Shown: piece after piece, positions 12,499-26,520 of the stretch
Position numbering within the stretch: position 1 is the stretch's first letter
How the letters are laid out: each line of letters starts with the position of its first letter
Origin: Octopus sinensis
Taxonomy: Eukaryota
DNA: 64,000 nucleotides
Assembly: GCF_006345805.1 (NCBI RefSeq)
Contig: NC_043001.1
Coordinates: forward strand, 104,346,001 to 104,410,000
Direction: 5' to 3'
Notes under the pieces: generated by a model
Database searches by the model: none
Seen by the model: only the letters and a program-made list of their open reading frames with translations
What the model was told of the DNA's origin: nothing
Made by a program: the position numbers and the translations under genes

Positions 12499-12855
12499 CT
12501 TGTGATACAAAAAAGAAAAGAAAAACTCTGCTAAAGACACTCAAGGATTGCCAGTGTTAAATTAAGATGGAGTTAAGAATACTACTAATATAACAATTAT
12601 CAATTTACTATAGAAGTTAGCCAAGATTTTAGGAAAAAATTAATTACCATAGAGTATTTGAATCAAAATTTAGACCAAAGTAGTTAAGTCTGATATTAGA
12701 TAGTTATAGAATATAGTAAAGCTTAATTGAGACAAAATCAAACATGAATTTTATTAAACAGACCCAAAGCAATTTGTTTTCTTCAGATCTATAGACGTAT
12801 ATTAGCCGTCCATAGTCCAAACCAGTCCAAATGCCAAGACAGCGAATCAACTGAC

Positions 12856-15504
12856 TGATATTTAATTTTCTGAAATAAATAAAAGAATTATAAAAATATA
12901 ATAAAACAAATTCATTAAGAAAATACTTTTTAACAAGTTATAAAATATTCTTCAACTATCTGTTTAGTATAAAATATTCCAAATCCTTTCTCTTTAACAA
13001 GATGGAAAGGCAAACCACAATAATCTCAACACCATACCTGTAAACTCCAGCCTCACAGGAATATTATCTGGTCAAAATATTAGTCAATGTTTGCTGCTCT
13101 TGAGTTGGCAAATATATAGAGAAGGGGTACACTAGGCTCATCCTATATCTCTGTATAGATTATCTAAGATTAGATGCTATAAATGGGGCCAATCTGAGAT
13201 TCTCTTCAGTATCGTAAAACAGTTAAAATGTTTAGCTAATAGCATAGTAGATAGGATTCTACTCTCTTCGGGTAAATGGTTCTGCTGGATACGTAGGAAA
13301 ACTGTAGGATATCAGTGGTTCTCAACTATTTTTTTGCCCTTGGATGCCTTTTGTTCCTATTTCACTCATTGGATCACCATAGCCATTCGATATATATATA
13401 TATAATATATATATAAATATCTCACTGTATATAAATATCTCATTTTAGTACCATTTGAGCATGATCGTTACCAGCATCGCCTTACTGGCACTTGTGCCGG
13501 TGGCACATGAACAAAACATTTGAATGAGGTCGTTGCCAGTGCCGCTGGACTGACTCCTGTGCAGGTGGCATGTAAAAAACACCATTTCGAGCGTGGCTGT
13601 TGCCAGTACTGCCAGACTGGCCCTCGTGCCGGTGGCATGTAAATTCACCCACTACACTCTTGGAGTGGTTGGTGTTAGGAAGGGCATTTGTAGAAACTCT
13701 GCCAGATTAGATTGGAGCCTGGCGCAGCCATCTGGTTTGCCAGTCCTCAGTCAAATCGTCCAACCCATGCTAGCATGGAAAGCGGACGTTAAATGATGAT
13801 GATGATGATGATGAATGTGAGACTGGTAAAATATAAAAAGATGATAATACAAGGTAGCTTACAAGTTAAACAGATGATTTAGAAGATTATAGAGTAGAGA
13901 TAATACAAAAGCTGGATAATTATTTTTCATGTAAGAAAGGAAAATCTCGATGTATTTATCAAACTCTAAATAGAAAAAATAATAATTTCTTACATCATCA
14001 CAAAATCATGGAACTGGAAAGAAGAGTGCAATCAATTTAATAGATCCTAATATTTCTTAAGTGCTTATCATATGACATCTGGAGGTATGAAAAGCAAAAT
14101 TAACTCTGATAAGATATGAACTCAGATCTTAGAGATCTGAGTTCATATATGAGATAACTAAATAAATCTTACCTTATCTGACCATAGGAGCCTCACCCAA
14201 ACATAGAAAATGTTTTATGCACAATGATTATAAACATTTTAGGGGTGTGCTTATATAATAAACAAGGGTGGGGCAAATACAAATACAACATCAAAACAGA
14301 CTCACTCAAAGATTCAACCACATTGTATTCTGAGGATTTACATGCCTCCAAATGTAATCTTCAGAAAGATTCAAACACTATTTCTTTCATAAACACTTTC
14401 ATCAAATTGACTAACAGTAAGGGATTGGGTATGGCTGTGTGGTAAGAGGCTTGCTTCTTCCCAACCACATGGTTCCAAGTTCAGTCCTACTGCATGGTAC
14501 CTTGGGTAAGTATCTTCTATTAAAGCCCTGGATCAACCAAAGCCTTGTGAGTAGATTTGGTAGATGGAAACTGAAAGAAGCTTGTCATGTATATGTGTGT
14601 ATGTGTGTGTGTATTTGTGTGTGTATATACATGTGTGTGTATGCACATCTCTGTGTATGGTTGCGCCTCACCACAGCTTGATAACTGGTGTTGGTGTGTT
14701 TACATTCCCATAATTTAGCAGTTTGGCAAAAGAGACTGATAGAATAAGGCTTAAGAAAAAACTAAGTACTGGGGCTTAATTCATTTGATTAAAAATTCTT
14801 CAAATGGGTGCCCCAGCATGGCCGCAGTCTAATGACTGAAACAAGTAAAACTTAAAAGATAAAAGATATCATGAAGTGCAAGGAAGACTGTGTGGTAAGA
14901 AATTAGTTTCTAACTACATGGTTTCAGGGTACCTTGGGCAGGTGTCTTCTTTTGTAGCCGCAGACCCAACCAAAACCTTGTCAGTCGATTGGGAAGATGG
15001 ATACTGAAAAAAGCCCACTGTGTATATACATGTGTGTGTGTATATATACAGGTGTGGTGTGTGTGTGTGTGTGCTACCATCTCTTTAACTTGACTTCATG
15101 TAATAGTTTGTAAACGAGTGTCACTGTTACGCAAGTGGTGTCCTTTGTTTGCTATCTGCCATGGAAACATGTCTGGTTATGGAGAAATATTATCTTGAAT
15201 GGAAACGAGTGAGGACTGGCAATCGAAAGGGCATCAGGCTGTGAAAAATATGCCTCAACAACTTCTGTCCAATCCATGACAACATGGAAAAATAGATGTT
15301 AGAATGAAGCTGATGTTGATGATGATGATGATTATGACAACGATGATAATCCCTATATCATTATCCAATTTATACATCAGTCTTCTCATTACTTAAAAGC
15401 AAAAAGTAAATTTAAACAATATGTGATAATATTACTTACTCAAATTTTTGTCTTTCAATGATGCTGGGGAGCTTTTCTATGTCCCTCACAAATTGTTTGT
15501 ATTC
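12856..15504 (-). CDS. Cassette U7: X 15504-15440 (EYKQFVRDIEKLPSIIERQKFE) + shortened Z-like exon starting at 12869 (KLNI...)
   Basis: catttctag|GAATAC..TTTGA|gtaagt (65 nt). At 12869 a strong acceptor tttatttcag|AAAATTA is followed 14 nt later by gtcagttgattc, resembling the Z donor gttagttgatac. The Z assignment is tentative. Confidence 0.55.
14428..14865 (+). mobile_element. tRNA-derived CORE-type SINE (octopus OR2-like)
   Basis: gtatggctgtgtggtaag head, accttgggtaagtatctt core, internal (GT)n, ccccagcatggccgcagtctaatgactgaaacaagtaaaa tail. Family name from memory. Confidence 0.75.
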
Positions 15505-15847
15505 CTAGAAATGTTTACAAAGAAGGCATTTATTGTGACTTTATAACAAAAGCAATAGATTTCACACCTATAATTCCATTTTAATTTGTACATTGACTGT
15601 TCAATGAAACTGGACATTTGTTATTTTTATCTTTTAATCTAAGACTCATGAAAGGGGGAGAGGAAAATATTCTCAAATGCAAGTCTTATCTCAGGTATAG
15701 CTGTGTGATAAGAAACTTGCTTCCCAACCACATGGTTCTGGGTTCAATTCCTCTGTGTGGTATCTTCGGCAAGTGTCTTCTATTAAAGCCTTGGGCCAAC
15801 CAGAGCAGTGTAATCGAATTTGGTAGAGAGAAACTGAAAGAAGCCTG

Positions 15848-15887
15848 ACATCTATCTATCTATCTATCTATCTATCTACCTATCCAC

Positions 15888-15930
<43 letters not shown>

Positions 15931-16018
15931 CCTACCTACCTACCTACCTACCTACCTACCTACCTACCTACCTACCTACCTACTACCTACCTACCTATCT
16001 ATCTATCTATATATATAT

Positions 16019-16060
<42 letters not shown>

Positions 16061-16070
16061 CATATATACA
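15848..16070. repeat. Compound microsatellite (TCTA)n(TACC)n(TA)n
   Basis: Seen directly in the sequence. Confidence 0.95.
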
Positions 16071-16213
16071 TATAAGAAAAAAAAAGAAAAAGAAAAAAGC
16101 ATTTTTTTCTGATGGCCAGATAACTGAAGAGATGGCGGCGTGGGTTTCTACCCCAGCATCTGAAACTTGGAGTTTTATCATGGCTACCGAATAATTCACA
16201 TATTACACTTACA

Positions 16214-16251
<38 letters not shown>

Positions 16252-16689
16252 TACATATAAACACACACACACACACACATATATCATCATCATCGTCGTT
16301 TAACGTCCGTTCTCCATGCTAGCATGGGTTGGACGGTTTGACCGGGGTTCTGGGAAGCCAGAAGGCTGCACCAGGCTCCAGTCTAATTTGGCAATGTTTC
16401 TACAGCTGGATGCCCTTCCTAACGCCAACCACTCCGTGAGTGTAGTGGGTGCTTTTTACGTGCCACCTGCACAGGTGCCAGGCGGGGCTGGCAACGGCCA
16501 CGGTCAGATTGGTGTATTTTATGTGCCACCGGCACGGAAGCCAGACGGGCGGTGCTGGCATCGGCCATGAGTTGGATAGTGCTTTTTACGTACCACCAGA
16601 CCAGGGATCCTGGCTGGTTCAATTCGATTTCGATTTCGCTTGCCCCAACATGTCTTCACAAGCAAAGGGGGTTGGCAAGGGTGCCTGTC

Positions 16690-16729
<40 letters not shown>

Positions 16730-16889
16730 TATATATATACCTCCCTGTTAGGAAGGGCATCCAGCTATAGAAACCATGCCAAATCACACTGGGGTCTGGT
16801 GCAGCCTTCTAGCTTGTCGGCCCTGGTCAAACCATCAAACCCATGCCAGCATGGACAATGGACGTTAGATGACGATGATATACATACAT

Positions 16890-16968
<79 letters not shown>

Positions 16969-17182
16969 TATATATATACATATATTAGGAAGGGCATCCA
17001 GCTGTAGAAACATTGCCAGATCAAACTGGGCCTGGTGCAGCCTTCTGGCTTCCCAGACCCCAGTTGAACTGTCCAACCCATGCTAGCATGGAAAGCGGAC
17101 GCTAAACGATGATGATATATATATACATATATATATACACACATATATATATATACATATATATATAAACATATATATATAC

Positions 17183-17241
<59 letters not shown>

Positions 17242-17793
17242 ACACACATATATATATACATATATATATATATACATATACACACATACATATATATACA
17301 CATACATATATATATACACACACACGTGTGTCTTTGTCTGTGATTGTGCCCTACCACTGTTTGACAACCAGTGTTGGTGTGCTTACATCTCTGTAACTTA
17401 GCAGTTTGGCAAAAGAGACCAATAGAATAAGTAAGTATTGAGGTTGATTCACTCAACTAAAACATCATAAAGGTGCCCCAGAGACACTGCAAAGCATTCC
17501 ATCTGATGTCTTTTATTTTTAACTTGTTTCAGTTATAGGAGTGTGGCCATGCTGGGGCACTGCTTTGGAGGGTTTAATCAAACAAATTGACCCCAGAACT
17601 TCAGCCACCAATAGAGTGACCAGGACTTCGGCTGGTGATTCATTCACTGAGCATGAATGGATGAAAATATCCTGGTATATGAGGCCAGAACATAGAGAGC
17701 TAGAACACATACTGCAAGGCATTTTAGCCAACACTCTAATAACCAGCCAATTTGCTACCTTATACAATATATTAATAAATAGTATGAACTAAC

Positions 17794-17841
17794 CTCGTTG
17801 TATTCAAAATAACTTTGTGCTAGTTTTCTGCAAAAGAAGAA

Positions 17842-17881
<40 letters not shown>

Positions 17882-18143
17882 GTTTCAAATTTTGCCACAA
17901 GGGCAGCAACTTTGGGGTTAGGGATGAATCAATTACATTGACCCCAGTGTTCAACTGGTACTTATTTTATTGACCCTGAAAGGATGAAAGGTCAAGTCAA
18001 CTTTGGCAGGATTTGAACACAGAATGCAGTGACAGGCGAAATACCACTAAGCATTTCGTCTGGCATGCTAAGTAGTAGTAGGAATAATAATAATAACAAT
18101 GACAATAATAATAATAATGATAATAATAATAATAATAGTAATG

Positions 18144-18181
<38 letters not shown>

Positions 18182-18639
18182 TATAATAACAACAATAGTA
18201 ATGATAATAATAATAATAATAGGAGTCGGGAAGACACTCGGCAAGAAATGGAAGCAAATTTGAAAGAAGATAAAAAAAAAAAAAAAAATAATAATAATAA
18301 TAATAAGGAACTGGAAATTATTTAGGGAAGATCCTTGGCTTACCATCCATGCAGAAAGTGCAGAAGATTGTCTTAACTGCTATGTCACACATATTGAGAA
18401 GAGCATTGTCACTGTGAATTTTCTTTCCCCCCTTTCCCCCCCTTTATTTTTTTGTATATTTTTATGCTTTCTTTTTTCTCTGCATCTTTTTTCCCCTTTC
18501 TCTCTTTCACATGGCTTTGTAAATAAACAATTTGGTGTGTCTATTTTAATGGCCTACCAATGTATATAGTGCGTTTCTCTGCCCTAAGTGTTAGGTAGAC
18601 ACTCGGCAAGAAATGGAAACAAAATTGTAAGAAGACGAA

Positions 18640-18687
<48 letters not shown>

Positions 18688-21600
18688 TTCTTTATTGGCT
18701 ACAAGGGACAAGTGCAGTTGAACACAAAAATTGAGTGAACAATAAAATAGCAATGACAATTAACAAGAAAATTCTAACAACTAAAATCCACAGGAACCCC
18801 ACAAATCCTGATTATCCCAACCACCAGGTGCACCTCAGAAGGCACTCTCTCCTTCTCAACTCCTCCAGTTTACAAGTGAATATTCAAAATAAGCTCATTC
18901 ACACAGGCCATCCTCACCATATTCAACAAATATACCAGGGGGCAATACTTTCCTCTCCATCCTCACTTTCCTTTGCAAGTAGAATTTGAAAAGGTTGATA
19001 AGGGCTTGGCCAAAGAGGAAGGTGTCTGTCTTGAGGCCTTTCAATACCGTCCACTACACTACCTCCTTCACCACAACCACCAGACAGAGAACTACCTTCT
19101 CTTCCTGGCCAAAAGAATGCATCAAGGCAATCTTTACAATGGACTTGGCTGATCCATCCTACATTTGTCAACAGCTGTTTCACAAAACTCCACCAGTCAG
19201 CAATGCATGGACATTGGACGAGTGCATGCAGAATGATTTTGTCACCCAGTGCACATCTTTGACAGGTGCATCTAACAGCACTTCCGTGTCTGTAGAGCTT
19301 GTCTTGAACCAGCAGAGCTTCCCAGTAGCACTGTCAGGCCAGGGATTTCTGGAAATTATCCATAGGCTCCAGCCCTAAAGTCCTCTGGAAAAGACCAGCT
19401 AGCTGACACCCAGAATTTCTCTGAGGATGTTGTCACTCTTGCTTGCTACTAATCCCCTTTAAAATGCCAATGTGGAACTTCCACTGACTGAATTGCCTGA
19501 CAGGCAGAGGGCTGTGTGTGATTGCTAGCACTTGAGGTACCAAGTGCCCTTTCTTAGTCTACACTTACCCAGGACTGTAACTCTGTCAATGAGACAAGCT
19601 GCAGAAAATCCTGTCTGACAAACAGCGACCACACCTGTTCCTCATTAAGAAAATGCTGGAGATGGTACAGCCTCAGCACATATCTGTGCATTATTAGCCA
19701 TAGTATGTCCAGTCCTCCATTCAGCAGCTGTTGACAGCAGAGGGACCAACTGACAAGTGGAACACGCCCCTTCCACAGAAGATGGAAAAGCAAGCACTCC
19801 AGCTTGATCAGTCACAAAGCAGGTAAGGGATGACCACAGGGTGCTGGTATATGATGGAAGTGATGTATGCATTTGTTAGAGCTGCTTTTGTTGCTGGTTT
19901 GGTTGCTGAGGCTTTTGGGGACCTGGCGTTGGCAGCAAGAGGCTTTCATGGTTCCCTGTCTACTGTTGGGATCAGAAAACTACCAAGTGGCCTGTTTCCC
20001 CATACAGGTGGCACTGTAGCTTTCTACCTTCAAAGTAACATATAGCTCTTCCCCTCCTGGATCTTATGAATTGCATCTGGTTTAATGTGGAGTAGCCCTT
20101 CCACACTGGTCCTTGACCAATTTCCACAATGGGTTCGCTTCACCTTCAGGAGGCTATTACTCCTTTCCATAACTATGCATGCCAAAATCCACCATAAATT
20201 TTCCTCTAGTGGAATTCCTGAGATCTTTATGCGCACCATCCTCCATCCTAAATATGATGGGTGGAGCATGTAGTTTTCACTCTGATAGTGAATCACAGAG
20301 TATTTAGCAAATCAGAAATTCAGACTTGAAGAGCACTGAAATACTCACAAACTGTTTTGCTCCTGAGACATGCTGCATGTTGGGCATTATGTCTTTCAAT
20401 GCACCTTCCACATCTGCCTGACTAGCTGTCTCCAGATACTCTGTATTTATAAAAACACATTTATAGATAACTTGCTGTGCTTGTGATGCTTCAGTGAAGT
20501 AGTTCTTTGCCTCAAAGAACAAGAACTGGCATTAGTGTGAGATCAAAGAACTGGTAGAAAAGTGACTTCAGACAGTGCAACATGATGGCCTCTACTTTGA
20601 ATGCTAGGCTGCGTTTGTTGTAACTTGATTAGAAAAAGCAAATGTTACCAAAATATTGCAAAACTTTTGACTGAATACAATATTAATTCATTTCTCACTC
20701 CATATGTATTAAAATGTTTATTCTATCATTAAGGCTTTTCAATATTCTTCCATCCCCATCTTTAGAACCTCGCAGTGTTTCATATACAAAGCCCTCCATA
20801 AATGCATGGCATGTTATAAATGCAGTTTTAATGTTCCAAATGAAACGATGGAGATGCATAAAAAAACATTTTCATCTCAAAAGATGAAGTTACTAATCTG
20901 AAAAACTTATAATCACATCTGCAATAAATCATCTCAAACATTTACATATTTAAGAAACATTATTCTCAAATTAAAAATACAGCCTTTCTCATTTACAAAA
21001 CAAACAGCCAAAGAAACAAAGAAATAAACAAAACATGTTACTGTGGACCTGTTTAGTTCTGTAGAGTGTTAGAGTAATGAAGAATGTGGCCAGACTGGAG
21101 TTTATATTCTGGTAGTCCTTGTAGTGTGAATGGACACCATACAGATTAATGAACCAAAGCTACATAGAAATCATAAAAGAGGATCACACCCTCAACATGT
21201 CTGAGGTGTAGAATAACACTTGGGGCATTTGATTGCTCATTTCCATTTTGTGCAGTGTTTCACATGTCACATTGGCACAGCAATTTTTCTTCTTCTTAAA
21301 CAAATATTGTTATCAAACAACCACCACATATAATCTTGAAGCAGATGGAGTACATAAGTCTTAGTTGTAGTTGCTGATGTTTTGTCCCAAACACAGCTCT
21401 CATCCAGCACACTTATAATCAAACATGTTGTAGCCATAATGAATTTCTCGCTTTTTTAAACAGTACATTTGGCATTACATTATGCAATGTGTCCTTCATG
21501 CTTTAAAATGATAGGGTATGATTTCAATGAAATTTAGCTCTTTTTTCTGGCAGCTGGAGCAACCTATAGAGATTTCGTTTTGGACATCTGGGTTGAATTA

Positions 21601-24600
21601 ATGCAGTAAATTATGAGTGTGTAGAGATTCTTTTATTGCCAAAGATGATAGTATTCGTCTTTTGTCCTTTCAATCTCGTCTCATACACAACCACTTTTGC
21701 CATGGCCACCAGACAGAAGAAAACTAGCTCACCTTTACAAGTAAAGGAAGGTGATGGTGTGATCTTCAATATGGACTCACATTATAGACAGATTGTCCTA
21801 AGCATCGTAACAGTTATTGAGTGAGCATTACTGACATCCAGAGTAGCAGGCATTTCAAGAATGCTCAAACATTCAACACATGTATGCAGAATGGTTTTAT
21901 TTCTCTCTTCATCTTATTATAATTATTATGGCCAGGTTCCAACCCAAGCTGCAACAACAAAGTCCATCCTGCACACTTGCCAGTCCATCATCATTGCCTC
22001 TAGGTCCTGGATATGTTCCAAGCCGGTGTCTGCAATCAAGTTGTCAATGTAAGTGTGTGATGATGCTTTCTTCTTCTTACATCAGGATGAAGTGGGTTCC
22101 ACACACTATTTTGGATGCTTCCAGTTCAGGATGTTGCATGCAGTGACCAGACAGTTGCAGCTGTCTTTGCTTGATCTCCTTGCGAATTTTTGACAGGTCT
22201 CCATAAAGGCATTTGTTTGTCATACGTTGCTGCCATTTCTGATTTAGGGCCAATTGTAGGATCGTTGTGTAGTATCCATTTAGCCAATTTGACAATTTCT
22301 TTGTCAGCATCCATGTTTCACTGCAATATAAAAGCACTGATTCAACAGTTGCAATGAACAGCTTGATTTTGGCAGACCCTCTTTAGTTTGCAATAGGCTG
22401 TCCATGCTTGTGCCTTCCAAGTTGATGGTACTTCTCTGCTTGTAGAGTCTATCTCAACCAGCCATTGTCCACCTTGATAGCACAGTGGAGCCAAGGATTT
22501 CTGGAAATTGTTCACAGTACCCAAGAGAGAAATTTTCTGGGATACAGCTGCTAGTTCACTCTCATTAGTACTCAGAGCTTTTCCAAGAATGTCTTTCCTA
22601 CCACTATTCCTCTATGAATAACATAGAAATTTCACAAAGTGCATTGCCCAACAAGGAGAGGTCTATGGGTGATGGGCTACATTCCAGATACCAGATGCCC
22701 ATAGGTCCCCGTTTGATCCAGGACAGCAGTTCTGATAAATAATTGAGCTGTGTAAAGACATACTTCACAGAAAGCACTAGACCATCTCTATAGGTGCTGC
22801 AGGATCCAGTCACAGTATACTGAGACCTTGGTATGGAAAGTGATGGCAGTAGATAGACTGCCTGACCTGTAGAGAAACATTCCAAGGAACAAATGAATGT
22901 CATGTGAGAAGTGTGCAGTAAGGTATTTTGCTGCATGTCATTTACTAGTGAACCAGTATTAAAAAATGAACAAAAGAATATTTAAAATTACACTTCTATA
23001 AATTCCTGAAATTTTCATTCAAGTCAATGAACTGAGTTCCAATTTTGTGCCGTTCTGTACATTGGTCAGTCCTTGGATGGTTCCAGCAATATATCAAATT
23101 TTCTATAAAAAGATGTTAGTAACCCTTTTCTTCAACTTTTAACCACCACCACTGCCACTGCCTCCTCCACCACCACCTGTCTGTTTTGGCTTGCTTTCTA
23201 CAGCTGGATGCCCCTCCTAATGCCAATGACTCCACAGAGTGTACCAGGTGCCTTTTATGTGTCAACAGCACTGGCCATGATTATGATTTCATTTAGTGTG
23301 ATGTAACTTCTCAAGCACAGAAAATTGTCAAAAGTCACAATCATTTGACATTGCCTCTGTGAAACTCAACAACCAAAGATCATATTTCACTACCTCATCC
23401 CATGTCTTCCAGGGTCTACCTCTTCCACAGTTAGTGAACTGTGCTTCTTTATGCATCTGTCCTCATCCATATGCAACACATAACAATGCCAGTGCAGTCT
23501 TCTCTTTTGCACACTACATCTGATGCCTCTTATACCCAATTTTTCTCTCAGGACACTCACACTCTGTTGTACAAGCACTCTGATATTATCCATTCAGCAG
23601 GGCATGCTAGTTTCATTTCTTTCAAGCCTTTGCAAGTCCTCTGCAATCACAGCCTGTTTCACTGCCATGTAGCATGGCTGTTCACACACAGGCATCATAC
23701 AATCTGCCATTCACTCTGAGGGAGAGACCCTTTGTTATCAACAAAGGCAGAAGCCCTCTCAACTTCACCCAACCCATTCTTATTCTAGCAGCTATGCTCT
23801 CAGAGCATCTTCCTTCTCCGCTGCTGACTTGATCATCAAGGTAATAGAAGCCATCTACTACTTCTAAATACACCCTCGGAAAGTTGATGAAGTCAATTCT
23901 TTGTACATTCCTAGTGTTTATTGTGTCTACACATCTGCAACATACAGAGACTACTTTCTCTATTAACCTTCCTCCGATACAGCTACACTTCTTATATGTC
24001 CATGCTTGCACTAGGTACACATTATGAAGCTTCTACCTACACCTTTTCTGCATATTGAGCAAGGCCGTCTCCCTAAAGGGACTTGTGATTTGTCTGTTCT
24101 ATTAACTAAGACTTTGGTCTCAGTTAAATTACCTCTAAGGCTCTTATCTTCCAGATCTGGCTTCCACAACTGGAATTTTTTCTCTAGTTCTTATAGTAAT
24201 TCAACTATAAGAACAAGGTCATCAGCAAAAAAGAGCTCCCAATGGCAGCCCATCTTAAGTTCTTCTGTTATGGCCTGGAGGACTATAATGATCAAGAAGC
24301 GAGTGGAAACTGATCCCTGATGAACTCCTACCTGTACACTGAATTCATAGCTAAGGAAGGTGGACGTTAAATGATGATGATGACGACTCATTGTCAAATT
24401 TCCTCTTGCTGGCAGCATCCCTGTACATGGCTTGTACGCCTCACCAACCACTCATCTATCCCTAGCTTCCACATTAAACATCAGATAAAGGAGTAGGGGA
24501 CCCTATCAAAGTCTTTCTCCATGTCAACAAGAGCCACGTACAGAGGTTTACCAGAAATATAGCATCAGTAGTGCTTCTCCCTGGCACAAAACCAAACTGC

Positions 24601-25392
24601 ATCTCATTTAGACTCTCTTCCGAGTTAGTTTAGCTATGATATTCTCTGTAACTTTCATTGCCTGGTCTAACAATTTGATACTTCTGAAATTATTTCTGTC
24701 TAAGGCATCATCTTTACCATTGTAGCAGTTGATTGTCATGCTGTTACAGCAGCTATTGAGTATGACTCCCCCATGGACAATCTGATTAACTAGACAGGTG
24801 ACTAGACCATATCCCACTCTGCCAGATATATTAAGCATCTCAGCAGTGATACCTGATGAGCCAGGGGCTTTCCTTGTCTTCATATCCTTCATAGCTTTAT
24901 CTACCAAGCTACTATCTATTTGGACAGCTGCTCTCATTTTTATCAATTTTCATAGTGACATTTCCAAGCCTTCAAATTCATAAAACCCAGCTTTCAAATT
25001 AAAATTGGTGGAGTTCCTCCAACATATCATGTAAATTTGAATTTCAGTATAGTTTAAAACATTATTCAATTTTAACATTTTAAATTTCAAATGAAAAGAA
25101 ACTGTGAAGTAAAATTGAGCTGGGACTGAAAATTTCTTCCTTTATCTCTGCACGCACTTGGGCCTTATATCTTTTATCTTCTAGTTAAATATAAATATAA
25201 AAAAGGTGTAGTAAAAGCTAGATGAACAGGATTCTGCATATCTGCTTATGTCATCATATTCATGGGTTGTAGTCTTACATTGAATTACAAATAAAATTCA
25301 AATTAAAGATGTCATAAAATTACTTACATGACCTCTTTACTTCGAATAATTTCTGGATAGTCTTCAATTTTGCTCTTCAAGAAGTAATATTC
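17794..25392 (-). CDS. Cassette U6: X 25392-25328 + Z 17827-17794; EYYFLKSKIEDYPEIIRSKEVI|KLAQSYFEYNE (no T exon found)
   Basis: catttctag|GAATAT..GTCAT|gtaagt (65 nt); ttcttttgcag|AAAACT..AACGAG|gttagt (34 nt). Confidence 0.65.
17880..18070 (-). mobile_element. Second tRNA-derived SINE family (OK/OR1-like); other copies at ~29000, 29860, 33640, 39640, 49120, 53750-54210, 56200
   Basis: Reverse strand: cttagtggtatttcgcc..ttcaaatcctgccaaag..ctttcatcctttc..aataaaataagtaccagttg. Confidence 0.7.
18082..18305. repeat. (AAT)n-rich microsatellite; source of the poly-N/poly-I/poly-Y ORFs
   Basis: Seen directly in the sequence. Confidence 0.95.
18320..18640 (+). mobile_element. 3' fragments of an R4/Dong-like non-LTR element
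   Basis: VQKIVLTAMSHILRRALSL* remnant and a repeated gacactcggcaagaaatggaa end followed by (AAT)n. Confidence 0.45.
18640..20530 (-). mobile_element. Tx1/L1-clade LINE ORF2 C-terminal remnant with AATAAA and (TTA)n tail
   Basis: Frameshifted GLEPMDNFQKSLA.QCY..AL.V.DKLYRHGSAV..TC.RC...D..ILHALVQCP zinc-knuckle region. Confidence 0.75.
21930..22520 (-). mobile_element. Degraded RTE-type LINE fragment (different family)
   Basis: LLYCSETWMLTKKL...LQLSGHC motif (ORF 22077..22337). Confidence 0.7.
23180..24960 (-). mobile_element. Degraded RTE LINE with a small internal insertion at ~24340-24410
   Basis: KAMKDMKTRKAPGSSGITAEML, VGVHQGS, WELFFADDLVL, LSLRVNGRLYDACV. Confidence 0.9.
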
Positions 25393-26520
25393 CTAGAAAT
25401 GTTCACAAATAAAGAATTTGTAGTGACTGCTTCATAAATTCATAACATTATATCTATAGATTTTAGCTGGCAAATGACTCATCTATGAAACTAAACATTA
25501 TCTGACTTAGAGAAACACTTCAGTTGTTTTGTTTGTTGATGTCCATGGTAGCATCAAGTGTGGCATTCTATTATTCTTTTACTTGTTTCAGTCATCTGAC
25601 TGTGACCATGCTGGAGTACCGCCTTAAGGGGATTTTTAGTTGAAGAAATCAACCCCAGGACTTATTCTTTGTAAGCCCATTACTTATCCTATTGGTCTCT
25701 TTTGCTGAACTGCTAAGTTATGGGGACATAGACACACCAGCATTGCTTATCAAGCGATGACTGGGGAAAAAACATAGGCATAGTGCTGCCTGACTGGTCC
25801 TATGTCAGTGATATGTAAAAAGCACCATTTGAGCCTGGTTATTGCCAGTGCTGCATGACTGGCTCCTGTGCCGGTGGCAAGTAAAAAGCACCATTCAAGC
25901 GTGGTCAATGCCAGTACTACTTGACTGGCCCTCATGCCAGTGGCACATAAAAAGCATCCACTACACTCTCAGAGCAGTTGTTATTAGGAAGGGCATCCAG
26001 CTGTAGAAACTTTGCCAGATAATATTGGAGCCTGGTACAGCCTTCTGACTTGCCAGTCCTCAATCAAACTGTCCAACCCATGCCAGTATGGAAAATGGAC
26101 ATATACAAAATGTGACAGTTATTCAGTTGCTATAATAAAACTCCAAGTTTTGGATGTCAGGGCGAAAATCTGCTCCGGCATATGATTGAGAAACAAGCGT
26201 CTTACCACACAACCACGCCTGCACCTATGGTGTATGATTCAAAACAAGACAGGGAAGGAATACAAGAATAATTTCAGAACATATTATTTCAAACAACTCT
26301 ATGGCTTACTAAAATTGAAAATAATGATTTCTAAGACAGCTATGTAATCACAAACATTATAGGTGTGACGTAATCTACATAGTTGTCCCTAGTATCTCAC
26401 TTGTACTTATTCTATGAATCTTGGGAGGATGAAAGGCAAAAGGATGCCTGTAGCTTTGAAAGAAGTCTTTGAAGGGCTGTAACAAACTACTGTAAGGATA
26501 TGCATCAAGAATTGTTCTGA

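Noticed and set aside
17997-18346. Poly-Asn, poly-Ile and poly-Tyr ORFs; also YI/HT/CV-repeat ORFs at 5.6, 6.7-7.3, 16-17.4 kb
   Set aside because: Translations of (AAT)n, (AT)n and (AC)n microsatellites.
21047-21157. 111-nt candidate exon in the triplicated intronic block; also in-frame TGA near CxxC motifs suggesting a selenoprotein
   Set aside because: In the phase required between X and Z it contains a stop; the donor is weak; multiple TGA/TAA codons and no SECIS recognised.
25085-25182. Exon-like EDKRYKAQVRAEIKEEIFSPSS after X of U6
   Set aside because: It needs phase 1 whereas X ends in phase 2; it has no donor and no matching frame in other cassettes.
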